A DNA stretch of 64,000 bases from Acidobacteriota bacterium (GTDB lineage Bacteria; Acidobacteriota; Vicinamibacteria; Fen-336). The stretch spans positions 14,425-78,424 of the forward strand of contig QHVM01000017.1 of assembly GCA_003223555.1 (NCBI GenBank), in the 5' to 3' direction. Below, piece by piece: positions 13,441 to 21,391 of the stretch (positions are counted from its first letter, which is position 1; each line of letters opens with the position of its first letter). The translations under genes and the position numbers were made by a program. Below the pieces are notes generated by a model, which was given only the letters and a program-made list of their open reading frames with translations, was not told the origin of the DNA and made no database searches.

Positions 13441-13544
13441 CGCCCTAGATCACCCGGAGCACGGCGCGACGCATGAGCACCTCCGTCGCTGACCGCGCCA
13501 TGATAGCGCAGCTCCCGCGAAGGCCGGGAAGCCGGCCGGGAGGG

Positions 13545-13973
13545 CTACTCCGGGTCTCCGAAGCCCGACCGCACCTGCACCAGGGTGGTGGCGGCGGCCA
13601 GCGCCCGCGCTGCGCGGCGGAGCGTGATCTTCACGCTGTAGCTGCCCGGGCGGCGGTAGGCGTGCTCGGCGGTGAACCGTCGCTCCAGCCCCATGCCGGC
13701 CCGGAAGGGCGGGCAGTCGGCCTCGTGGACGCTCCGGCCGCCGTCGTCCCAGTCCCACTCCAGGGACGGGCAGTAGAAGTCTTCGGCCTCGTCGCCTCCC
13801 CGCAGCTCGGCGGTCACGAGCACCGTCACCGGCATCAGGGCCATCCGCGGCGAGGCGCGCAGCTCCAGGCGCGGCTTGCGGGCGCGGGCCTGATCGGCGG
13901 CTCCGGCGAGGGGCGCGAGCGCGACGGCGCTCATCGCGACGGCGAGGACGAAGGCTCCGGATCGGGCACGCAT
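13545..13973 (-). CDS. Secreted PKD-like domain protein
   Basis: AAGGAG RBS, signal peptide, WDWDDG...HAY..PG.Y.V.I PKD-like pattern, two Cys. Confidence 0.65.
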   Translation of the reverse strand: MRARSGAFVLAVAMSAVALAPLAGAADQARARKPRLELRASPRMALMPVTVLVTAELRGGDEAEDFYCPSLEWDWDDGGRSVHEADCPPFRAGMGLERRFTAEHAYRRPGSYSVKITLRRAARALAAATTLVQVRSGFGDPE

Positions 13974-14044
13974 GCGTCGCTCCTTGCGAGAGTAGACGCG
14001 GTCCACGCCCGCGCCGCCGTGACGAGCATCACGCCATCGCCAAC

Positions 14045-14134
14045 GAGCAGCGAGCGAGCGATTCACTCGCGAGCGAGCGACTGGGGGGGAGCACGAATGT
14101 GCGCGGGGGGGTGCTTTCGTGGGTTGCACCCCCC
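14045..14134 (+). repeat. Palindromic repeat copy (tandem-GA TTCAC stem plus G-run hairpin)
   Basis: GC-GA-GC-GA-GCGA-TTCAC-TCGC-GA-GC-GA-GC, then GGGGGGGTGC...GCACCCCCC. Confidence 0.8.
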
Positions 14135-14137
14135 GAA

Positions 14138-15244
14138 TTAACTAATGGTCTTGCGGAAGGCCCTCGTGCTGCCCCCGACCAGGATCACCGCGAGGATCAG
14201 CAGGGCGAGCACGTTGGGCCAGAGGTCCACGAATCCCGCGCCGCGGATGATGATCCCGCGCGAGATCGCGATGAAGTGGGTGGCGGGCAGGATCTGGGAG
14301 ACCAGCCGGATGGGAGCGGGCAGGGACGACAGCGGGAAGATGTAGCCCGACAGCATGATCGAGGGGAGCAGGAAGCCCTGCGCGCCCTGGATCGCCTCCA
14401 TCTGGGTGTTGGCCCGCGAGGAGACGAGCAGGCCCAGGGCCAGCAGCGAGAAGAGGTAGATGAGGGACAGGAACAGCAGGAGGAGGACGCTGCCGTGGAT
14501 GGGGACGCGGAAGACGACCGTCATCAGGAACAGCACCAGCAGGAGCTGGACGAAGCCGAGCAGGAGGTAGGGCAGGAGCTTGCCGAGCACCACCGCCACC
14601 GGGGAGGCAGGCGTCACCATGAGCTGCTCCAGCGTGCCCCGCTCGCGCTCGCGCACGATCGAGAAGGCGGCCAGGATCGTGCCCGAGAAGGTGAGGAGGA
14701 TCGCGACCAGGCCGGGGATGAGCAGGTTGGCGCTGCGGCTGTCGGGGTTGAAGAGCAGGAGGGGGAAGGGCTGCACGGGCAGCTCCCGCAGGCCGGTGCG
14801 GCGGGCCAGCTCGTCGAGCGACTGCTGGAGGGCGAGGCCGTTGGCGGCGGCCAGGGTCGAGGCGGAGATGCTGGAATCGGAGCCGTCGATGAGGACCATG
14901 AAGTCGGCCGTCCGGCTGTCGAGGCGCTTGCGCGCGAAGTCCGGGGGGACCTCGATCCCCACCGAGGCGCGCCCGGCCACGATGCGCTCGCGCAGGGCTC
15001 GGCGGGAGGGCACGAACTCGACCACGTCGAAGTAGCTGGTGTTGACGAAGTCGCGGACCAGCTCCCGGCTCTGCGCGGTCTGGCTCTGGTCGAACACGAC
15101 CGTGGGCACGTGCTTGACGTTGGTGTCGATGAGGCCGAACAGCACGAGCTGGAAGACGGGGATGCCGAGGGCGAAGCGCAGCGTGCCCGTGTCGCGCCGC
15201 ATCTGGATCGCCTCCTTCCGGAGGACCGCCCAGAACCCCCTCAC
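14138..15244 (-). CDS. ABC-2 type transporter permease (YbhR/YbhS-like)
   Basis: KEAIQMRRD, IVRERERGTLEQLMVTP, GKLLPY, LSGYIFP; GTGA overlap with the ATPase stop. Confidence 0.92.
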   Translation of the reverse strand: MRGFWAVLRKEAIQMRRDTGTLRFALGIPVFQLVLFGLIDTNVKHVPTVVFDQSQTAQSRELVRDFVNTSYFDVVEFVPSRRALRERIVAGRASVGIEVPPDFARKRLDSRTADFMVLIDGSDSSISASTLAAANGLALQQSLDELARRTGLRELPVQPFPLLLFNPDSRSANLLIPGLVAILLTFSGTILAAFSIVRERERGTLEQLMVTPASPVAVVLGKLLPYLLLGFVQLLLVLFLMTVVFRVPIHGSVLLLLFLSLIYLFSLLALGLLVSSRANTQMEAIQGAQGFLLPSIMLSGYIFPLSSLPAPIRLVSQILPATHFIAISRGIIIRGAGFVDLWPNVLALLILAVILVGGSTRAFRKTIS

Positions 15245-16212
15245 GACGCCCGCGCCTGGCCGTTGCGCGCCGCGGCCTGCAGCCGGGTGAGCCGCACGAA
15301 CACGTCCTCCAGCGAGGCGTCGATGGGCCGGACGCGCACGGCCGCGCCCGCCGCGCTCTCCAGGTCGCGGGCGATCTGCTCGTCGCCCACCGCGGCGTGC
15401 ACGAGCAGGTGGAGCGAGTTGCCGAAGATCGTGACGTCGTCGACGTAGGGCAGCGAGCGGGCGAAGCCCATCACCGCCGCCACGCCCTGGTCGCAGTCGG
15501 CCTCCACCCGCCGCATCCCGGTCGGGGTCACTTCGGGCCGCCGGGTCAGCTCGCCCGGCTTGCCCTGGACGAGCATCTTCGACATGTACAGGTAGCCGAC
15601 CGTCCCGCAGCGCTCGGCCTCGTCCATGTAATGGGTGGTGACGACGAGCGTCACGTCCTCCGCGGCCAGCTGGAAGAGCAGGTTCCACAGCTCGCGGCGG
15701 GCCACCGGGTCGATGCCGGCGGTGGGCTCGTCGAGGAACAGCACCCGCGGCTGGTGCATGAGGGCGGCGGCCAGCGCCAGACGCTGCTTCCAGCCGCCGG
15801 ACAGGTGGGCGGCCAGCCGGTCGCGATATGGATCGAGGCCGGTCAGCCCGATGGCCCACTCCCGCCGCTCGTCGCGATGACCTCCCTGCAGGCCGTAGAC
15901 GGAGGCGAAGAAGTCGAGGTTCTCGAGCGCGGTCAGGTCCTCGTAGAGGGAGAACTTCTGGGGCACGTAGCCGATGCGGCGCCGGATCTCCTCTCCCTGC
16001 CGGCGGACGTCGAGGCCGTCGACCGTGGCCTCGCCCTCGGTCGGAGCGAGCAGCCCGCACAGGATGCGGATGAGGGTCGACTTGCCGGAGCCGTTGGGGC
16101 CGAGCAGGCCGTAGATCTCCCCCTTCGGCACGGCCAGCGAGACCTTGTCGAGGGCGCGGACCTTGCCGAAGTCGCGCGAGACCTGGCGGACCTCGATGCC
16201 GTTGTCGCTCAT
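15241..16212 (-). CDS. ABC transporter ATP-binding protein (YbhF-like)
   Basis: Walker A GPNGSGKST, LSGGWKQR, Walker B FLDEPT, TTHYMDEAE. Confidence 0.95.
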   Translation of the reverse strand: MSDNGIEVRQVSRDFGKVRALDKVSLAVPKGEIYGLLGPNGSGKSTLIRILCGLLAPTEGEATVDGLDVRRQGEEIRRRIGYVPQKFSLYEDLTALENLDFFASVYGLQGGHRDERREWAIGLTGLDPYRDRLAAHLSGGWKQRLALAAALMHQPRVLFLDEPTAGIDPVARRELWNLLFQLAAEDVTLVVTTHYMDEAERCGTVGYLYMSKMLVQGKPGELTRRPEVTPTGMRRVEADCDQGVAAVMGFARSLPYVDDVTIFGNSLHLLVHAAVGDEQIARDLESAAGAAVRVRPIDASLEDVFVRLTRLQAAARNGQARAS

Positions 16213-17138
16213 GGCTGCAGCCTCGCGAGAGCGGCCATCCCGGGCTTCAGCTCGGGGGCGGGCTCGATCTCGACCTTCACCCCGAAGACCTGGTCGCTCC
16301 GCTGGTCGAGGGTCTGGATGTTGCGCGGCGTGTACTGGGCCCGGGGGCTGATCTCCACCACCTTGCCGGGGAACGTGCGCCTGGGGAAGCTGTCGACGGT
16401 GAGCGAGGCGGCCTGCCCCACCCGCACGAGGCCGAGCTTCGTCTCGGGAACGTAGACGCGGACCCAGAGCTGGTCCGGCTCGAGCAGCGTCGCCACCGGC
16501 GCGTTGGGGCCCACGAGGTCGCCGGGCCGGAGGTCGAACGACTGGACGAGACCGGCCGCCGGCGCCTTGACCACGGTCTCCTGCCGCTGCCGCCGCAGGT
16601 ATTCGAGGTGGCGCTCGGCCTCGGCCACGGTCGCCTGGGCGGCGGCGATCTCCTGCGGCCGGCTGCCCCGCTCCGCCTCCTTCAGCACCTCCTGCTTGGT
16701 CCTGGCCGCGGTGGCCGCGTCGTCGTACTGCTGGCGGGGAACGATCCCCTCCTTCATCAAGGCTTCCAGGCGCCGCCGCTCCTTCTCGGCGTTCTCGTAG
16801 TCGACGCGGGCCCGGGCGACCTCCTCGGAGCGCGGCCCGGCCAGCACGAGCGCGAGCTGGGCCCGGGCCTGCTCGACCCGCGACTCCTGCTCGCGGACCT
16901 GCAGGTCCACCAGGTCGGGCTCGAGGGTGACGATCGGCTGGCCGGCCACGACGGCCGAGCCCTCGTCGACGTGGACGGCCGTGACGCGCCCGCCCACCAG
17001 CGATCCGACCTGGACGTCGCGGGCCTCGATCGAGCCGGAGAGCACGAGGCCCTCGTCGCGCTGGCGCAGCTTGAAGGCGGCGAACGTGCCGGCGGCCACC
17101 ATCAGGAGGACGATGGGCAGGACGATCTTGCGCTTCAT
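16209..17138 (-). CDS. HlyD-family membrane fusion protein (YbhG-like)
   Basis: N-terminal anchor, lipoyl half-motifs, coiled coil, YTPRN.QT..R, LKPGM. Confidence 0.92.
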   Translation of the reverse strand: MKRKIVLPIVLLMVAAGTFAAFKLRQRDEGLVLSGSIEARDVQVGSLVGGRVTAVHVDEGSAVVAGQPIVTLEPDLVDLQVREQESRVEQARAQLALVLAGPRSEEVARARVDYENAEKERRRLEALMKEGIVPRQQYDDAATAARTKQEVLKEAERGSRPQEIAAAQATVAEAERHLEYLRRQRQETVVKAPAAGLVQSFDLRPGDLVGPNAPVATLLEPDQLWVRVYVPETKLGLVRVGQAASLTVDSFPRRTFPGKVVEISPRAQYTPRNIQTLDQRSDQVFGVKVEIEPAPELKPGMAALARLQP

Positions 17139-17782
17139 GACGCTCGCTTCTGCGGCCTCTTCAGGGCGCCGCGGCTCCAGATGTCGAGGACGGTGTCGAT
17201 GTAGCGGTCGAGGGGGAGCGGGGGCTCCACGAGCTGCAGCACGCGGTGGAAGAACACGTACGCGTTCAGGGTGCCCATGAAGGCCATGGCCGCGGCCTGC
17301 GGGTCGCCGATCCGGACCGTGCCCGCCCGGGCCGCCCGGCGCAGGTAGGACTCCAGCAGGGCGAAGACGCGCCGGGGCGGGCTGGAGGCCGACCGGATGT
17401 CCCGCGGCAGGGGCAGCGCGGGGACGTCCTCGGCGTCCGCCGCGTTCTTCGCGTACATCCAGCAGGCGATGCTCTCGGACATCTGGGCCTCGATGAAGGG
17501 GATCGCCGTCCGGGCCAGCTGCCGCAGGACCGGCCGCGGCTTCCTCACGTCGGCCTCGGCCAGGAAGGCCATGGGGAAGGGGCGGTCGATCGCGGGCGGC
17601 TCCGCCATCGCGGCCGTGAAGAGGGCGGCCTTGCTCGGCTCATGCCTCAGGAGCGCGGCCGGGCTGACACCGAGCCGGGCCGAGATGGCGGCCAGGGTCG
17701 TGCCGTCGTAGCCCCGGCCGGCGAAGGCCTCCCGGGCCGCCCTCAGGACCTGTCCCCGCGTCACCCGCGCCGGCCGACCCAT
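17135..17782 (-). CDS. TetR/AcrR family transcriptional regulator
   Basis: N-terminal HTH (AAREAFAGRGYDGTTL..IS..LGVS..K..LF); first gene of the efflux operon. Confidence 0.9.
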   Translation of the reverse strand: MGRPARVTRGQVLRAAREAFAGRGYDGTTLAAISARLGVSPAALLRHEPSKAALFTAAMAEPPAIDRPFPMAFLAEADVRKPRPVLRQLARTAIPFIEAQMSESIACWMYAKNAADAEDVPALPLPRDIRSASSPPRRVFALLESYLRRAARAGTVRIGDPQAAAMAFMGTLNAYVFFHRVLQLVEPPLPLDRYIDTVLDIWSRGALKRPQKRAS

Positions 17783-17787
17783 TCCAG

Positions 17788-17820
17788 AATAAATATACAG
17801 TTATTAATTAAGCCGGTCAA
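17788..17820 (-). promoter_or_regulatory. sigma-70 promoter overlapped by a probable TetR operator
   Basis: Minus strand TTGACC-17 nt-TATATT; imperfect inverted repeat AATAAATA-N6-TATTAATT within an AT-rich island. Confidence 0.65.
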
Positions 17821-17896
17821 GCCGTCGGGGGCGGGAACGCAACGAGATGGACGGAGCGCCCGGAAGCCGGCGCTATGATGGCGGCGAGACGACGCG

Positions 17897-18412
17897 ATGG
17901 AGACTCGGGACGACCTCGAGAGACGGGTGGCCGGGCTGGAAGCCGAGGTCGCTCGTCTGCGCCGCGGCCCGCGGGGCGTCCGCCGGCGCTCGGAGCTGAG
18001 GTTCGCCGGCCTGCCGGTGTACGAGTTCGCCGTCGGGCCCGATCCCGACCGGGGCGAGATCCGCGGTCACGCCCGGGGCATCTTCGCGTTCGGCGACATC
18101 GCCACCGGCTTCTTCGCTTTCGGCGGTCTGGCCCGAGGCTTCGTTGCCGTCGGCGGCCTCGCCCTCGGCCTCGTCACGTTCGGCGGTCTCTCGATCGGCA
18201 TCCTCCTTGCCATCGGGGGAGCCGCCGTCGGCGGAGTGGCCCTGGGCGGCGGCGCGGCGGGGGGGGTGGCCGTGGGCGGGGGAGCGGTCGGGTACTACGC
18301 CTGTGGCGGCGGAGCAGCCGGACATGCCGTCGTCACGCCGAGGCACCAAGACCAGGACGCGGCGGCGCTGTTCCATCGGTATCACCTCGACCGGGTCTGC
18401 CGGGGCCGCTGA
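17897..18412 (+). CDS. Glycine-rich membrane hypothetical protein
   Basis: Short coiled coil followed by repeated A(F/V)GG.A.G hydrophobic units. Confidence 0.75.
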   Translation: METRDDLERRVAGLEAEVARLRRGPRGVRRRSELRFAGLPVYEFAVGPDPDRGEIRGHARGIFAFGDIATGFFAFGGLARGFVAVGGLALGLVTFGGLSIGILLAIGGAAVGGVALGGGAAGGVAVGGGAVGYYACGGGAAGHAVVTPRHQDQDAAALFHRYHLDRVCRGR

Positions 18413-18566
18413 GCCCGAGCATCCCCCACCAGAGCCTCGTGGCCTGAGTCACCGCACTACCCGCGTTGCCCGCTCAGAGGCCGCCAAGGCGTAGCACTCT
18501 CGCGTCACTCGCCATCCCCTGCGGGGTCCGGGAACGGATCGAATGGCCCGAATCGCGCAAGAAAGA

Positions 18567-18593
18567 TGTCCGGGGCCCGTCGGCTCGAACGTC
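18567..18593 (+). promoter_or_regulatory. ECF-sigma-type promoter (ECF41/42-like)
   Basis: TGTCCGG-N16-CGTC just upstream of the VOC gene RBS. Confidence 0.4.
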
Positions 18594-18617
18594 GAAGAAC
18601 TGGAGGAGGAGATGGAA

Positions 18618-19004
18618 ATGTCCAAGACCGGTTCCAGGATCCACATCACGCAGGTAGGGACGATAGGCATTCCCGTCGCCGACCAGGACCGGGCGCTCGC
18701 GTTCTACCTCGAGAAGCTTGGATTCGAGAAGCGCATCGACGTGCCTTATGGCAAGGGCGAACGCTGGGTCGAGGTCGCGCCGCCGGGTGCGGCGACGACG
18801 ATCGCGCTCGTTCGCTCGCGTGAGGGGGGTCCAACCGGAATCGACACCCAGGTGCGCCTCACGACCAAGGATGCCGAGGCCGACCATGCGGCCCTGCGGG
18901 CCGGGGGCGTCGACGCGGACGCGGAGATCATGCGCTATCCGGTCCCGATGTTCGTGTTCCGCGACGCGGACGGCAATCGCCTCCGGATCGTCGAGCGAGA
19001 CTGA
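18618..19004 (+). CDS. VOC (glyoxalase/bleomycin-resistance) family protein
   Basis: IPVADQDRALAFY.EKLGF, RWVEVAPPG, FRDADGN; strong GGAGGAGG RBS. Confidence 0.9.
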   Translation: MSKTGSRIHITQVGTIGIPVADQDRALAFYLEKLGFEKRIDVPYGKGERWVEVAPPGAATTIALVRSREGGPTGIDTQVRLTTKDAEADHAALRAGGVDADAEIMRYPVPMFVFRDADGNRLRIVERD

Positions 19005-19037
19005 GAATGACCGCGCCGCACCGGCCGGGCGAAGGCC

Positions 19038-20009
19038 TCATCCGCTGAGGCACTGGACCCGCAGGGCGGTCAGGAGGCGTTGCAGGTCGGGGGGCAGCGG
19101 GCTCTCGAAGAGGACCCGCTCGCCGGTGGCCGGATGGGTGAAGGCCAGCCGCGCGGCGTGGAGCGCCGGACGGTCGAGAGCTTCCAGCGCCGCGCGCGCC
19201 TGGGGCCGGCGCGACGCGGGCCGGCGCCGGCCGCCGTAGACGGGATCGCCGGCCACCGGATGGCCCAGAGCCGCCAGGTGGACGCGGATCTGGTGCGTGC
19301 GGCCGGTGGCGATGCGGACCCGAAGCAGCGCGGCGCCATCCAGCGCTTCCACGAGCCGATAGGTCGATCGGGCCGCGCGGCCGCGGGGGGCGCGGACGGA
19401 CATCCGCTTGCGGTGCAGCGGATCGCGGCCGATGGGGACCTCGATCGAGCCTTCGACCGCGCGAGGTTGCCCGAGCACGACCGCCAGGTACTCCTTCTCG
19501 ACGCTCCGGCCCGCGAACTGCCGCGAGAGGGCCATGTGTGTCGCGTCGTCCTTGGCCACCACCAGCAGGCCCGAGGTCCCGCGGTCCAGCCGGTGGACGA
19601 TTCCCGGCCGGAGGACGCCGCCGACGCCGGACAGGTCTCGCACCCGGTGGAGCAGCGCGTTCACGAGCGTGCCCGAAGACCGGCCGGCCCCCGGATGCAC
19701 CACCAGCCCCGCCGGCTTGTCGACGACCAGCAGGTGGGAGTCCTCGTGAACGACGGTCAGCGGGATGTCTTCCGGCCGCGGGATCGCCGGCGTGGGCGCG
19801 GGCAGGCGGAAGGAAACGGACTGGCCGCGCTTCAGCCTCAGCGAAGGCCGGGCCGGACGGCCGTCCACCCGGACGTGGCCGGCGGCGATGACCGCCTGGA
19901 GCCGGGCGCGGCTCAGCCCGGGCAGCGAGCGCGCCAGCCAGCGGTCGAGGCGCTCGCCGGCGCCGGCCTCGTCCACGGCGAGGTCCCGCGCGTCGGCCTC
20001 GGCGGTCAC
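19038..20009 (-). CDS. rluD: 23S rRNA pseudouridine synthase, RluA/RluD family
   Basis: S4 domain RLD..LA, KPAGLVVHP, HRLDRGTSG, TGRTHQIR, LHA. Confidence 0.93.
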   Translation of the reverse strand: MTAEADARDLAVDEAGAGERLDRWLARSLPGLSRARLQAVIAAGHVRVDGRPARPSLRLKRGQSVSFRLPAPTPAIPRPEDIPLTVVHEDSHLLVVDKPAGLVVHPGAGRSSGTLVNALLHRVRDLSGVGGVLRPGIVHRLDRGTSGLLVVAKDDATHMALSRQFAGRSVEKEYLAVVLGQPRAVEGSIEVPIGRDPLHRKRMSVRAPRGRAARSTYRLVEALDGAALLRVRIATGRTHQIRVHLAALGHPVAGDPVYGGRRRPASRRPQARAALEALDRPALHAARLAFTHPATGERVLFESPLPPDLQRLLTALRVQCLSG

Positions 20010-20016
20010 GGCAGGG

Positions 20017-20791
20017 TCAGGAGGTGGCGGCGGCGGCCGGGGGCTGCTCCTTGCGGAGCACGTAGGGATAGAGGAACAGGACCGCCAGCACCATGAGGAT
20101 GGCGATGAACTGCGAGGTCGAGAGCCAGCCGCCGAGCACCATCCCGCGGGCGGCGTCGCCGCGGTAGAACTCGATGACGAAGCGGGCGACGGCGTAGAGG
20201 AAGACGTAGGCCAGCGCCACCTGGCCGTCGAAGCGCTTCCGGCCCCAGAGCCAGCTCAGGAAGATGAAGATGGCCAGGGTGGCCAGCGACTCGTAGAGCT
20301 GGGTGGGGTGCAGGGGGGTGTCGAGGGGCGTCCCCACCTGCCGGGTCGCGTACACGTCGTGGAAGGTCACCGCCCACGGGACGTCGGCGGGACGGCCGTA
20401 GCAGCAGCCGGCCGCGAAGCAGCCCAGCCGTCCGATGGACTGGCCGATCGCCACCCCGGGCGCCAGGACGTCGGCCGTGCGCCATCCGTCCAGGTGGTGC
20501 CGCCGGGCGAACCACCACGCCACCGGGAAGGCGCCGAGCAGGCCGCCGTAGAAGACACCGCCGCTCTGCAGCAGGCCGAAGATCTCGCCCGCGTGCTTCG
20601 AGTAGTAGGGCCACTCGACGACCAGGAGGAGGAGCTTCGCCCCCACCAGGCCCCCGATGAGCACGTAGACGGCCATGTCGGTGATGAGCGTGCCGTCGAG
20701 CCCGGCCTTCTTCGCCCGCAGGCTGACGACCCACAGCCCGGCCAGGAAGGCGAGGGCCAGCAGCACGCCATAGGTGTGGAGCGGGGTACAT
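20017..20791 (-). CDS. lgt: Prolipoprotein diacylglyceryl transferase; 5' end frameshifted in this sequence (open frame from GTG 20766)
   Basis: GGVFYGGL, GRLGCF.AGCCYG, HPTQLYES, RF.IEF.RGD. ATG-TAC-CCC (MYP) at 20791 is 1 nt out of frame with LHTYGVLL. Confidence 0.92.
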
Positions 20792-21391
20792 CTACTCCGA
20801 CCGTCCGGCGGAGGATGTCGCGACCTGGGGCGGGCCGGCTTCGCCGGAGCTGCGCTCCAGCGTCGGCGGGCCCGGCTCGACGCGGGGAGCCTGCGGTGTC
20901 TCGCCCGCCTGGGGCTGGCGGAGGATGTCGGCGACGAGGAGGACGACGCCGACGCTGATCGCCGAGTCGGCGACGTTGAAGGCCGGCCAATGGTGGGCGC
21001 CCCAGTACGCGTCGACGAAGTCGATGACGTAGCCGAGGCGGGCGCGGTCGAGAAGGTTGCCGAGCGCTCCGCCCATGATGAGGGCCAGCGCGGTCTGGGG
21101 GAGGCGGTTCCGGGCGGGCAGCCGCCAGGCGTAGGCGGCGATGGCGCCCAGGGCGGCCAGGCTCACGACCGCGAACAGCAGCGACTGGTACGGAAGGTCG
21201 GCCTCGGAGAGGATCCCGAACGCGGCCCCGCGGTTCTGCACGTAAGTCAGGCGGAGCACGCCGTCGACGAGGAGGCGGCTCTCGTGCAGGCTCATCAGGC
21301 GGTCGACGAGCATCTTCGTGACCTGGTCGAGCGCGACCACCAGGGCGGCCACGACGACGTAGAAGGCGCGGCGCGGCCCCGCGGGCTTCAC
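20792..21391 (-). CDS. lspA: Lipoprotein signal peptidase II
   Basis: LDQVTK, NRGAAFG, GALGNLLDR, VIDF, FNVADS; GTGA overlap with the ileS stop. Confidence 0.95.
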   Translation of the reverse strand: MKPAGPRRAFYVVVAALVVALDQVTKMLVDRLMSLHESRLLVDGVLRLTYVQNRGAAFGILSEADLPYQSLLFAVVSLAALGAIAAYAWRLPARNRLPQTALALIMGGALGNLLDRARLGYVIDFVDAYWGAHHWPAFNVADSAISVGVVLLVADILRQPQAGETPQAPRVEPGPPTLERSSGEAGPPQVATSSAGRSE

